From Candidatus Methylomirabilota bacterium (GTDB lineage Bacteria; Methylomirabilota; Methylomirabilia; Rokubacteriales; CSP1-6), in assembly GCA_035650715.1 (NCBI GenBank), contig DASRHC010000032.1:128221-192220 (forward strand): DNA of 64,000 nt, given 5' to 3'. Position numbers and translations under genes: made by a program. This document shows, piece by piece, positions 27,940-36,712 of the stretch (the stretch's first letter is position 1; each line of letters opens with the position of its first letter). The notes beneath the pieces were generated by a model. It had not been told where the DNA came from and searched no databases. It saw only the letters and a list, made by a program, of their open reading frames with translations.

Positions 27940-29085
27940 GTGCCGCTCATCGACCGTCGCGAGTTCGTGGGGCTGGAGGACGTGGCGCATCTCTGCACCG
28001 GAGGCGAGGCGCCGTGGCTGCGCTCCCACACCGCGGCCTGCGAGCGCTTCGGCGCGCTCAAGAGCGCGGGCATGGCGGGGCGCGACGAGATGTTCCGGAT
28101 CGCCGAGCGGGCGCGCGCCCGCGCCGCGCGCATCCTGGGCGCGACGCCGGGCGAGGTCGCCTTCCTGGCCCACGCCTCCGAGGGCCTGAACCAGGCGGTG
28201 CGGTCGGTGCAATGGCGGGCCGGCGACAACGTGGTCTTCGCGGATCTCGAGTACCCGTCGCTGGTGTACCCGGCCGGGATGCTGCGCGAGCGCGGCGTGG
28301 AGCCGCGCGTGCTCCGGACCCGCGGCCACTATCTGGCGCTGGACGACCTGGCCGCCCTGGTCGATCGGCGCACGCGCCTGGTGCTGGTGAGCCAGGTGAG
28401 CTACCTCACCGGCCAGCGTCTCGACCTGGCGCGCTGCGCGGAGATCGCCCGCGGCGCGGGCGCGCGGCTGGCCGTCGACGCCACCCACGCGGCCGGGGTG
28501 GTGCCGGTGCCGGGCGAGGTGTGCGACTTCGTGGTGTCCGCCTGCTACAAGTGGCTGCTCGCCACCCACGGCGTCGGCCTCTTCGCCTACAGCGCCCGGC
28601 GCGTGGGGGAGCTGGTGCCGGCCACGGTCGGCTGGCACAGCGTGAGTCATCGCGGCGGGGCCGCCGATCCGCTCGCGATGCCCTGGCGGAGCGACGCCTC
28701 CCGGCTCGAAGCCGGCAACCCCAGCCTGCTCGGCCTGGCCGTGCTGGACAATGCGCTGGCCCGCCTGGAGGCGCTCGCCCCGGAGACCGTGGAGCGCCAT
28801 GCGGTCGGGCTGGGCGGCCGGCTCATCGAGGGGCTGCGCGCCCGCGGCTTCACGGTGCTGACGCCGGAGGCGCCCGCCGAGCGCGCCGGCAACGTGTGCT
28901 TCCTGGCCGACGACCCGGCGGGGCTCGCCGCGCGGCTCGCTGTGGAGCGCGTGCTGGTCTGGGGCGGGGAGGGCCGCATCCGGGTCTCGCCGCACGTGCA
29001 CTCGGACGTCGACGACGTCGAGCGCTTCTTCGAGGCGGTCGACCGGGTCGGCGCCCGCCCCGGGTCGGCCCTCGCCACCCGCTAG
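27940..29085 (+). CDS. aminotransferase class V (cysteine desulfurase/epimerase-like, PLP-dependent)
   Basis: GAGGAGGG RBS and a GTG start. The PLP-lysine region is SACYKWLLATHGVG. 381 aa. Confidence 0.8.
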   Translation: MPLIDRREFVGLEDVAHLCTGGEAPWLRSHTAACERFGALKSAGMAGRDEMFRIAERARARAARILGATPGEVAFLAHASEGLNQAVRSVQWRAGDNVVFADLEYPSLVYPAGMLRERGVEPRVLRTRGHYLALDDLAALVDRRTRLVLVSQVSYLTGQRLDLARCAEIARGAGARLAVDATHAAGVVPVPGEVCDFVVSACYKWLLATHGVGLFAYSARRVGELVPATVGWHSVSHRGGAADPLAMPWRSDASRLEAGNPSLLGLAVLDNALARLEALAPETVERHAVGLGGRLIEGLRARGFTVLTPEAPAERAGNVCFLADDPAGLAARLAVERVLVWGGEGRIRVSPHVHSDVDDVERFFEAVDRVGARPGSALATR

Positions 29086-29221
29086 ATTCTCCCTCTCCCC
29101 GTCTCGGGGAGAGGGCAGGGTGAGGGGCCGAGAATCAGGACCTGGCCAATCGGCTGATTCCCCGCCGTCGCGCCTCCGGCATGCTGGGGCTCGAGACCGA
29201 ACCCCGGGGGGAGGACGTGAC

Positions 29222-30124
29222 ATGGAAGCATTGCTCTCGCTCTCGAACGAGCTGGCCGGCGCGGTGGAGCGCATCGCGCCCTCGATCATGGCGGTCCACG
29301 CGCGCCGCCGGCTGCCCTCGACGGGCATCCACTGGCGCCCGGGCATCGTGGTCACCGCCGAGCACACCGTCCGCGCCGAGGAGGGCCTGACCGTCGAGAC
29401 CGCGGACGGCCGGAGCCGGCCGGCGACTCTGGTGGGCCGCGACCCGGGCTCGGACGTGGCCGTCCTGAAGGTGACCGACCTCGACGGCCCGCCCGCGCCG
29501 CTCGGCGACGACGGCGCGCTGCGAGTCGGCCACATGGTCCTGGCGCTCGGATACGGCCCCCGGGCGAGCTGGGGGGTCGTCAGCGCCCTCGGCCCGCGCT
29601 GGCGCACCTGGCGCGGCGGCGAGATCGATCGGCTCGTGCGCCTGGACCTGGTCCTCTACCCGGGGTTCTCGGGGGGGCCCCTGATCGACGCCGCCGGCCA
29701 CGTGGTGGGCCTCAACACCTCCGGGCTGGCGCGGGACAGCCGGCTCGCGGTGCCGGTCACGACGGTGGCTCGCGTGGTGGACGAGCTGCTGCGGCAGGGC
29801 CACGTCTCGCGCGGCTATCTCGGCATCGGCATGCAGCCGGTCCGGCTGCCCGACGGCCTCCGCGCCGCGCTGGGGTTGCCCGGCGACGGCGGCCTCATCG
29901 TGGTCACGGTGGAGCCCGACGGGCCGGCGGCCCGCGCGGGGCTGCTGCTGGGCGACGTGCTGGTGGCGCTCGACGGCGTGCCCACCGCGGACCTGGACGA
30001 CGTGCAGGGCCGGCTCGGCGGCGACCGCATCGGCAGCACCGTCACCGCGCTGGTGATCCGGGCGGGCGGGCGCGCCGAGGTGCCCATCACGGTGGGCGAG
30101 CGGCCCCGGCGGGGCGCGCGGTGA
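29222..30124 (+). CDS. trypsin-like serine protease with C-terminal PDZ domain (HtrA/S1C-like)
   Basis: Catalytic triad context (TAEHTV, DVAVLKV, and the GFSGGP serine motif) plus a PDZ domain (GLLLGDVLVALDGVP). RBS GGGAGGA. Confidence 0.8.
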   Translation: MEALLSLSNELAGAVERIAPSIMAVHARRRLPSTGIHWRPGIVVTAEHTVRAEEGLTVETADGRSRPATLVGRDPGSDVAVLKVTDLDGPPAPLGDDGALRVGHMVLALGYGPRASWGVVSALGPRWRTWRGGEIDRLVRLDLVLYPGFSGGPLIDAAGHVVGLNTSGLARDSRLAVPVTTVARVVDELLRQGHVSRGYLGIGMQPVRLPDGLRAALGLPGDGGLIVVTVEPDGPAARAGLLLGDVLVALDGVPTADLDDVQGRLGGDRIGSTVTALVIRAGGRAEVPITVGERPRRGAR

Positions 30125-30708
30125 GCGCGACCCTCACGGCGGAGCCGGCGGGCGCGTCGCTTGCGGCCGCGGCGGCGGCCCTCGCCCCGCGCCTGGCCCG
30201 CATCACCGTCGAGGTGCGCGGCGCCGGGCCGGGGGTGCGCGGCCCCGCGATCGGCTCGGGCGTGGTGTGGCATCCGGACGGCCTCGTGCTCACCAACGCG
30301 CACGTGGCGACCCGCGACGTCACGGTGCTCCTCGCCGACGGCCGTCCGCGCCCCGCGCGGCTGGTGGCGCGCGATCCGCGCCGCGATCTCGCCGCGCTGA
30401 TGATCGACGCGAGCGGCCTGCCCGCGGCCGAGATCGGCGACTCCGGCGCCCTGCGGGTGGGCGAGGTGGTGCTGGCCGTCGGCAACCCGTGGGGCCTCGT
30501 GCGCGCGCTCTCCGCCGGGCTGGTGCACGCGGTGAGCCCGCGGGCGATCCACGCGGACCTGCGCCTGGCCCCCGGCAACTCGGGCGGGCCGCTCGCCGAT
30601 GCGGAGGGCCGCGTGGTCGGGCTCAACACGATGATCGTGGGCGGGCTCGCGGTGGCGGTGCCGAGCCGGGAGGCCAGGCGCTTCGTGCGGGAGCTGCTGC
30701 GGGGCTGA
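30121..30708 (+). CDS. trypsin-like serine protease (S1C, no PDZ)
   Basis: Triad context TNAHVA, DLAALMI and GNSGGP. GTGA overlap with the upstream protease. Confidence 0.75.
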   Translation: MSATLTAEPAGASLAAAAAALAPRLARITVEVRGAGPGVRGPAIGSGVVWHPDGLVLTNAHVATRDVTVLLADGRPRPARLVARDPRRDLAALMIDASGLPAAEIGDSGALRVGEVVLAVGNPWGLVRALSAGLVHAVSPRAIHADLRLAPGNSGGPLADAEGRVVGLNTMIVGGLAVAVPSREARRFVRELLRG

Positions 30709-30709
30709 C

Positions 30710-31345
30710 GTGGCGACCCGGGTGCTGGTCGCCTCGCCGCGCCCCGCCGTGCAGGCCCGGCTCGGGGCGGTGGTGGCGGCCGGGCGCGGCCTGCGCCTGG
30801 TGGCCGGCCCGCCGGGCGCCTCGCTCGCGCGTCTGGTGGAGACGCTGCGCCCGGACGTGGTGCTGCTCGATCTCCACGGCCGCCGCCCGGACACGGTGGC
30901 CGCCGAGCTGCCCGACCCGGTGCCGACCGCGCTGGTGGTGCTGGCCGACGCGCCCGGGCGCGCGCGGGCGGACCAGGCGGTGGAGCGCGGGCTGGCCCGC
31001 GCGGTGCTGCCGCGCGATGCGACCTCGGGGGAGATCCTGGCCGCGATCGACGCGGTGGTCGCCGGGCTGGTGGTGCTGCATCCGGAGGCGCTCGGCCCGC
31101 GGCCGCGCCGCGAGGCGTGGCCGGCCCGGGTGGCGGCCGATCCTGCCCAGCCCCTGACCGCGCGCGAGATCGAGGTGCTCGGCATGCTGGCCGAAGGGCT
31201 CGGCAACAAGGCCATCGCGGCGCGGCTCGGCATCTCGAGCCACACCGCGAAGTACCACGTGGCCTCGATCCTCGCCAAGCTCGGCGCGGGCAGCCGCACC
31301 GAGGCGGTCACGATCGGGATGCGCCGCGGCCTCGTGGCGATCTGA
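30710..31345 (+). CDS. LuxR-family response regulator with atypical receiver domain
   Basis: C-terminal LuxR helix-turn-helix (LTAREIEVLGMLAEGLGNKAIAARLGISSHTAKYHV). In the N-terminal REC-like domain the acidic DD pair is replaced by SP (VLVASPRP). Confidence 0.8.
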   Translation: MATRVLVASPRPAVQARLGAVVAAGRGLRLVAGPPGASLARLVETLRPDVVLLDLHGRRPDTVAAELPDPVPTALVVLADAPGRARADQAVERGLARAVLPRDATSGEILAAIDAVVAGLVVLHPEALGPRPRREAWPARVAADPAQPLTAREIEVLGMLAEGLGNKAIAARLGISSHTAKYHVASILAKLGAGSRTEAVTIGMRRGLVAI

Positions 31346-31351
31346 CGCGGC

Positions 31352-31972
31352 TCAGGGGATGGCCGCCTCACGCCCAGCGCCCCGGAGGCGGTGCCGGTGA
31401 CCGGATCCTCCACGGTCCCGGAGCGCGGCGAGGAGAAGTGGGATCGCGTCCAGGCTGCGCACGGGCACCAGCAGCGCCCAGAGCCCGGTGCTGCCGTAGA
31501 CGATCGGCAGCGAGGGATGCAGGTCGTGGACGCTCGCCCCGAGCACGCGCGCCAGCCCTTCGCGGGGCCCGTTGCAGTCGGCGAAGCGCGCGGGCGCCTG
31601 CTCCATCACCACCAGGGGCTCGGCGCCGTCGGTCTGCAGCGTGATGGAAAGGAGGCCGGCCCTCGTCTCGAGGGTGAGGCGCCGCGGGGAGCCCGCGCCG
31701 GGCAGGCCGCCGCTTCGATGCAGCAGCACGAACGTGGCCACGGTGGCGTGGCCGCAGAGGTCCACCTCGTGGCCCGGCGTGAAGTAGCGGAGACGCAGGT
31801 CGGCGCGCGTCGAGGTGAGCACGAACGCGGTCTCGTTGAAGCCGACCGCGTGCGCGATGGCCTGCATGGCGGGATCGCCGAGCCCGTCGGCGTCGAGCAG
31901 CACGCCGGCGGGATTGCCCATGCCGGGCCGCGCCGCGAACGCGTCGACGTGGACGACGCGGGCCGCCGTCAC
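31352..31972 (-). CDS. PhzF-family protein, C-terminally truncated relative to canonical PhzF (possible gene remnant)
   Basis: N-terminal and middle PhzF motifs are present (VVHVDAFAARPGMGNPAGVL, FTPGHEVDLCGHATVA, LPIVYGSTGLWALLVP). The C-terminal domain (EDPxTGSA region) is missing. The GTG start overlaps the DUF1272 stop by 4 nt. Confidence 0.5.
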   Translation of the reverse strand: MTAARVVHVDAFAARPGMGNPAGVLLDADGLGDPAMQAIAHAVGFNETAFVLTSTRADLRLRYFTPGHEVDLCGHATVATFVLLHRSGGLPGAGSPRRLTLETRAGLLSITLQTDGAEPLVVMEQAPARFADCNGPREGLARVLGASVHDLHPSLPIVYGSTGLWALLVPVRSLDAIPLLLAALRDRGGSGHRHRLRGAGREAAIP

Positions 31973-32211
31973 CCGCGGCAGCCTGCCGGCTTGTGCACCC
32001 GCTTCGTCGACGCGGGGAACTTCGCGAGCTTGTCGGCGGGGCGGCGGGGGCGGGGCACCAGCTCGCCGCCGCAGTTGGGGCAGCGGCCGTGGAGCACGTC
32101 CTCGGCGCAGGTCCGGCAGAACGTGCACTCGAACGAGCACACGCGCGCCTCCGTCGAGTCCGGCGGCAGGTCGCGGTCGCAGCACTCACAGCCCGGGCGC
32201 AGCTCCAGCAT
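31969..32211 (-). CDS. DUF1272 domain protein (Cys-rich zinc-ribbon-like)
   Basis: MLELRPGCECCDRDLPPDSTEARVCSFECTFCRTCAEDVLHGRCPNCGGELVPRP closely matches the DUF1272 consensus. Confidence 0.75.
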   Translation of the reverse strand: MLELRPGCECCDRDLPPDSTEARVCSFECTFCRTCAEDVLHGRCPNCGGELVPRPRRPADKLAKFPASTKRVHKPAGCRG

Positions 32212-32274
32212 GACGGCTCCTCCTGGTCAACGCGTCGGGCCCCAGAGTATCATCGGGGCCGCGAGGAGGAGACC

Positions 32275-33006
32275 ATGGCCCGGAGCGTGGTGACGGCGGA
32301 GCGGTTCGCCAAGGGAATGACGTTCGAGCAGTACGTGGCCTACGCGGGCAGCAAGGAGAATCTCGCGCGCGAGGCCTTCGGCAGCTACTACCCGGACGGC
32401 GGCGCCATCGGCGCCCCGCGCAAGGACAACAGCGCGGTGCTCCGCGACCGGTACGCCCGGCTCCGCCTGGCCGACTACCAGGTCGCGGCCATCAAGTGGC
32501 TCGCCGCCCAGCCGGACGGCCCCGCCAAGATGCTGATGATCTCGGAGGACTGGTCCTCCGACTGCCGGCGCGACGTGCCCGCGATGGCCCGGCTCGCCGA
32601 GGCGGGCGGGCTCGAGCTGCGCATCTTCAACCGCGACGGGGCCAAGGTGCTGGGCACGCGGCGGCCCGATCCGGTCGCCTATCCCGACAGCAACCACGAC
32701 CTCATGCTCGAGTTCATGAACGCCAAGGACGGGGCCGAGTGGGCCTCGGTGCCGGTGGTGGTGGTCTACACCAAGGACTTCCGCGAGCTGCACCGGTACC
32801 ACGAGTACCCCGCGATCTATCACAAGGACGCGGTGCGCGGCCGGCAGCAGGCGCCGCGCGCGGGCGAGAGCGCGGAGCAGGCGCGCGAGCGCGGCATGAA
32901 GGAGTTCGCGGCGATGCAGGCCTCGCCCTTCTTCGACCTGTGGGCGAGCGCGGCGATCGACGAGATCCTGAGCGCGCTCTACGAGAAGCGGGTGCTGGCG
33001 GGCTGA
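32275..33006 (+). CDS. thioredoxin-like fold hypothetical protein
   Basis: [29 protein letters not shown] resembles a thioredoxin-like motif with a single Cys. The family assignment is uncertain. Confidence 0.5.
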   Translation: MARSVVTAERFAKGMTFEQYVAYAGSKENLAREAFGSYYPDGGAIGAPRKDNSAVLRDRYARLRLADYQVAAIKWLAAQPDGPAKMLMISEDWSSDCRRDVPAMARLAEAGGLELRIFNRDGAKVLGTRRPDPVAYPDSNHDLMLEFMNAKDGAEWASVPVVVVYTKDFRELHRYHEYPAIYHKDAVRGRQQAPRAGESAEQARERGMKEFAAMQASPFFDLWASAAIDEILSALYEKRVLAG

Positions 33007-33016
33007 CCGCGGCCGC

Positions 33017-33421
33017 TCACCGCGGCTCCATCAGCTCGAGGCGGTTGCCGAACGGGTCGTCGACGTAGACCCGCAGGTAGCCGGGCAAGGGCTCGTCCTC
33101 CACCACCGCGTGGCCGGCCGTGCGCAGGCGCTCGACGAGACCGGGGAGATTGCGCACCAGCAGGCCGGGATGCGCCTTGCGGGCGGGGCGGAAGTCGCGG
33201 TCCACGCCGAGGTGGATGCGGAGGCGGCCGGACTCGAACCACGCGCCGCCGCGCGCGGCGAGCGCGGGCGGCTTGGCCACCTCGGGGATGCCGAGCAGGC
33301 CGTCGTAGAAGGCGCGCGCCTCCGCCTCGCGGCCCGCCGGCATCGCGAGCTGTACGTGATCCACGCCGATGACCGCGGGCGCGTCGCGCGCCGGGTCGTC
33401 CCGCTCGCCCCCGGGGCTCAC
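33017..33421 (-). CDS. VOC family protein (glyoxalase/bleomycin-resistance fold)
   Basis: IGVDHVQLAMPAG ... GNRLELMEP is typical of VOC. The GTG start overlaps the upstream stop by 4 nt. Confidence 0.7.
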   Translation of the reverse strand: MSPGGERDDPARDAPAVIGVDHVQLAMPAGREAEARAFYDGLLGIPEVAKPPALAARGGAWFESGRLRIHLGVDRDFRPARKAHPGLLVRNLPGLVERLRTAGHAVVEDEPLPGYLRVYVDDPFGNRLELMEPR

Positions 33422-33690
33422 CGCCGATCGGCCATGAGGCGCGCCGCCTCCGCCGCGGTGCGCACCGGGACGATCTCGAAGCGCACCACGCCGTCCCAGG
33501 CCTTCGTCCAGACGTCGAAGAGCGAGCGGTCCTCGGTGCGCATGAGCCGGAAGCACCGGGCGTGGTCGAGATCCACCCGGCTGTCGACGTACTCGAGGCC
33601 CCGCGGGAGCTGGCGCCCCCGGTCGCAGGCCCGCCGGTAGATCTCGGGCGCGGCCCCCGCGTGGAAGTGCTCGATCCCCATGTCGAGCAT
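33418..33690 (-). CDS. small hypothetical protein (90 aa)
   Basis: It lies inside the operon 4 nt after the carbon-nitrogen hydrolase stop. No family recognised. Confidence 0.45.
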   Translation of the reverse strand: MLDMGIEHFHAGAAPEIYRRACDRGRQLPRGLEYVDSRVDLDHARCFRLMRTEDRSLFDVWTKAWDGVVRFEIVPVRTAAEAARLMADRR

Positions 33691-33693
33691 CGG

Positions 33694-34461
33694 TCATCCG
33701 AGCGGGATCGCGCGCGCCGCGCCCGCCGGCCGCTGCGCGTCGAGATCCCAGTCGAGGAGGAACACGGTCGAGTCGGGCGCGCGCAGCTCGAGCAGCCGCG
33801 CGCCGTCCTTCACCACCACGCTCGCGCCGGCGCGGAAGTCCAGGATGCGGTCGGGCCCGGTGCGGTTGCACACCAGGAGCGGCAGCCCGGTATCGCGCGT
33901 GCACTGCTCCCACTCGCCGTTCGGGCCGTGGAGGCCGGGGGCCCACGCCGCCGCCGACACGAGCAGCCGCGCGTCCTGCGCGTGCAGGCTCTTGGCGATC
34001 CAGGGCGAGTAGGCGTCCGCGCAGATGAGCAGGCCCACCGGGCCCACCGGCTCCACCGCGACCGGCGTCGCGAGCGTGCCCGGGGTGGACCAGGCCTCCG
34101 AGCCGGTGGGCAGTGTGTTGATCTTGCGATGGCCGCCGCGCACGCGGCCGTCCGGCCCGATCACGAAGAGCGAGTTGTGGAGCGCGCCGGTCGCGGGGTC
34201 GCGCTCCGGGTGCGAGAGGAACAGGGTGACGCCGAGGCGCGCGACCGCGGCGCACACGCCGGCCGTCCACGCATCCGGGGCGGGCTCGATCCAGCGGGTG
34301 CCGATGCGGTCCGCGAAGGTGTAGCCGGTGACGCACAGCTCGGGGGTGAGCACCCAGCCGGCGCCTTCGCGCGCGGCGAGCGCGAGGGCGTCCTCGATCA
34401 GGCGACGGTTGCGGGGCGGATCCGCCGCGACCGGCGCCAGGTGGAGGAAGGCGATCCGCAC
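33694..34461 (-). CDS. carbon-nitrogen hydrolase (nitrilase superfamily)
   Basis: Glu-Lys-Cys triad context: TPELCVTGY, HRKINTLP and LLICADAY. Confidence 0.85.
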   Translation of the reverse strand: MRIAFLHLAPVAADPPRNRRLIEDALALAAREGAGWVLTPELCVTGYTFADRIGTRWIEPAPDAWTAGVCAAVARLGVTLFLSHPERDPATGALHNSLFVIGPDGRVRGGHRKINTLPTGSEAWSTPGTLATPVAVEPVGPVGLLICADAYSPWIAKSLHAQDARLLVSAAAWAPGLHGPNGEWEQCTRDTGLPLLVCNRTGPDRILDFRAGASVVVKDGARLLELRAPDSTVFLLDWDLDAQRPAGAARAIPLG

Positions 34462-34467
34462 GGCGGC

Positions 34468-34824
34468 CTAGAACGCCTGGTGCTCGACCGCGGACGGCTC
34501 GAAGGCCTGGCGCGTGTACTCGAGCGCGCGCTCGACGTCGAAGCGCTTGCAGGTGAACAGCACCACCGCGAAGAAGCGGCGGGCGCTCCACACGTAGAGC
34601 GAGATGCCGGAGTCGATCAGGGGGATGAAGGCGTCGAAGCCCTGGTTCTCCGGCTTGCCCTGGCCGGCCGGGGAGTGGACGACCGGACGGCCGTAGGTGG
34701 TGAGCGCCAGGTGGCGGGCCAGCCCGAGCAGGTAGCGCTCCACCGCGTCCCGGTCGATCGGGGTGGTGAAGTAGCCCTCGATCAGCAGGCGCTGGCGCGT
34801 GATGTCCGGCGCGAGGTCCCGCAT
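34468..34824 (-). CDS. S-adenosylmethionine-decarboxylase-like (pyruvoyl-dependent decarboxylase family, SpeH-like) protein
   Basis: IDSGISLYVWSARRFFAVVLFTCK aligns to the SpeH region SESHLTIHTWPE...AVDVFTCG. The pyruvoyl Ser is conserved but the ESH His is replaced by Gly. 118 aa. Confidence 0.6.
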   Translation of the reverse strand: MRDLAPDITRQRLLIEGYFTTPIDRDAVERYLLGLARHLALTTYGRPVVHSPAGQGKPENQGFDAFIPLIDSGISLYVWSARRFFAVVLFTCKRFDVERALEYTRQAFEPSAVEHQAF

Positions 34825-35372
34825 CAGGCGAGCGCTTCCCACAGCCCCGGGTAGCGGCGGATGAAGCCGGCGGGCGTCATCTCCAGCAGCGCGGTGTAGC
34901 CGCTGGTGGGGGACTCGTACCGGTAGGTGTGCTCGGAGCGCCGCTCGTAGCGCTGCGGCAGCGGCTGCAGCACGCCGTCGGGGGCGTCGATCCAGGCCAC
35001 CGTCACTTCCGCGGCCTGGCCGGGGGCGAGGGCCACCCGCCGCATCAGCGTGAGGTTGGTGGCGGGGGTGAAGCCCACGTCGAGATCGACGCAGCCCTCG
35101 AGTCCCGGCACCGCCGCGCCGTTCACCGACCAGGTCCCACCGGGCTCGCGCACGATGCGCCAGTCGAGCGCGCGCGCGCCGATGAAGCCCCGGATGTGGC
35201 CGCGCTCGGTGCGCCACCGGGCGTCGCACCTCACGTGGTAGTCGAGGCGGGCCGGCTCTCCCTCGTGGAGGAGCACCGCGGTGCCGTGCAGGCGCCAGCC
35301 GCCGTCGGCCGGCGCGAGCCGGCAGGCGTCGTGACCGGGGGTGTCGAGGCGCCGCCAGAGCGCGCCGCTCAT
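34824..35372 (-). CDS. putative glycolipid-binding domain protein (PF06475-like)
   Basis: MSGALWRRLDTPGHDACRL ... YHVRCDARWRTERGHIRG matches the Glycolipid_bind pattern. Confidence 0.65.
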   Translation of the reverse strand: MSGALWRRLDTPGHDACRLAPADGGWRLHGTAVLLHEGEPARLDYHVRCDARWRTERGHIRGFIGARALDWRIVREPGGTWSVNGAAVPGLEGCVDLDVGFTPATNLTLMRRVALAPGQAAEVTVAWIDAPDGVLQPLPQRYERRSEHTYRYESPTSGYTALLEMTPAGFIRRYPGLWEALA

Positions 35373-35379
35373 CGGTCCC

Positions 35380-35904
35380 TCACCGGAGCGCCAGCCGGCC
35401 CAGCTCGCACGCCAGCAGCGTGCGAGGGCGCTCGCTCGTCTGCCGCACGAGCCGGGCCCACGCGCGCGGCATCGAGGTGCCGTCCTTCATCTCGGTCACC
35501 AGGCGCTTGACGAAGACGCCGAAGGCGCCGCCGCGCCGGTCGAGGGTCAGCAGGAGGTTGGCGCGGGCGAGCTGCCGCTGGCGCCGGGCCGCGAGACCGT
35601 AGCAGCGGCGCGGGTTCGGCGTGGCCACGATCACCACCGACGCCCCCGCATCGCGGATGATCTCCCGCAGCGTCCGGGGCGAGTTCAGGATGGCCCCGTC
35701 CGCGCCGATCGTGCAGTAGAGGAGGAGCAGCGTGCTGCGCGGGGGGGCGTCGCTGCTCTCGCTCACCCGGCGGAAGAGCGTGGCCAGCGCGGCGCGGTCC
35801 GCGGCCAGCAGCGGCTCCGCGGCGCCGCCCGAGAGGTCGTGGATGCCGAGGGTATCGGCCGGGATGCGCGGTCCCAGCCGCAACAGCCACCGGAGGAGGC
35901 GCAC
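35380..35904 (-). CDS. hypothetical protein
   Basis: The GTG start lies immediately after the methyltransferase stop. No family recognised. Confidence 0.4.
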   Translation of the reverse strand: MRLLRWLLRLGPRIPADTLGIHDLSGGAAEPLLAADRAALATLFRRVSESSDAPPRSTLLLLYCTIGADGAILNSPRTLREIIRDAGASVVIVATPNPRRCYGLAARRQRQLARANLLLTLDRRGGAFGVFVKRLVTEMKDGTSMPRAWARLVRQTSERPRTLLACELGRLALR

Positions 35905-35905
35905 G

Positions 35906-36709
35906 TCAGGGGGGGACCGCGCCGCGGACGGCCCACGCGCGCGCGGTCAGCGCGATCGAGCCGTCGGCGGCCACGGGCAGACGCTCGCGCACCCGCTCGC
36001 GCAGGCGGGCGCGCGCGGCCTCGCCGAGGGACGTGGCGTGGGCCGGCGCCGGCCCCTGGCCGCCGAGGAACGGCTCCCAGAAGTCCGCGAAGCTGGCGAA
36101 GGGCGTGGGGACGTCGATGGCGATCGTCTCCACTCCGGTGAGCCCGGCGCCCTCGAAGAGCGCGCCGAGGGCGGCCGGCCGGCAGAGCGGAAAGCGCGCG
36201 CCCTCGTCGAGGGCGGCGGCCTGCGGATCCTCCGCCACCGCCGCGTCCCAGAACGCGCGCATCAGCTGCATGCCCTGGGCATAGTCCCACACGTAGGCCC
36301 CCACCGTCCCGCCGCGCGCGGTCACGCGCCGCATCTCGGCCAGCGCGGCGGCCGGCTGCGGCACGAAGTTCAGCACGAGACCCGAGACCACCACGTCCAC
36401 CGCCGCGTCCGGCAGCGGCAGCGCGGTGGCGTTGCCCTGGTGCAGGACCACGCGCGGCCCCAGGTTCCGCCGCGCGGTCTCGAGGAATCCGCCCGACGGC
36501 TCGACCGCGATGAGCGTGGCCGGGCCGGCGTGGTCGAGGATGGCCGCGGAGAGCGCGCCGGTGCCGCAGCCCACGTCGAGCCACCGGCGGCCGGCCGGGA
36601 CGCCGAGCCAGGCGAGGAATCGCGGCGCCACGCGCCGGCTCCACCGGCCCACGTACTGCTCGTAGGCGTCGCCCCGCTCCCACGTGTCCGAGACGGCCCG
36701 CTCGGCCAT
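35906..36709 (-). CDS. class I SAM-dependent methyltransferase
   Basis: Motif I WLDVGCGTGALS and motif II VVVSGLVLNFV. Confidence 0.8.
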   Translation of the reverse strand: MAERAVSDTWERGDAYEQYVGRWSRRVAPRFLAWLGVPAGRRWLDVGCGTGALSAAILDHAGPATLIAVEPSGGFLETARRNLGPRVVLHQGNATALPLPDAAVDVVVSGLVLNFVPQPAAALAEMRRVTARGGTVGAYVWDYAQGMQLMRAFWDAAVAEDPQAAALDEGARFPLCRPAALGALFEGAGLTGVETIAIDVPTPFASFADFWEPFLGGQGPAPAHATSLGEAARARLRERVRERLPVAADGSIALTARAWAVRGAVPP

Positions 36710-36712
36710 GCT

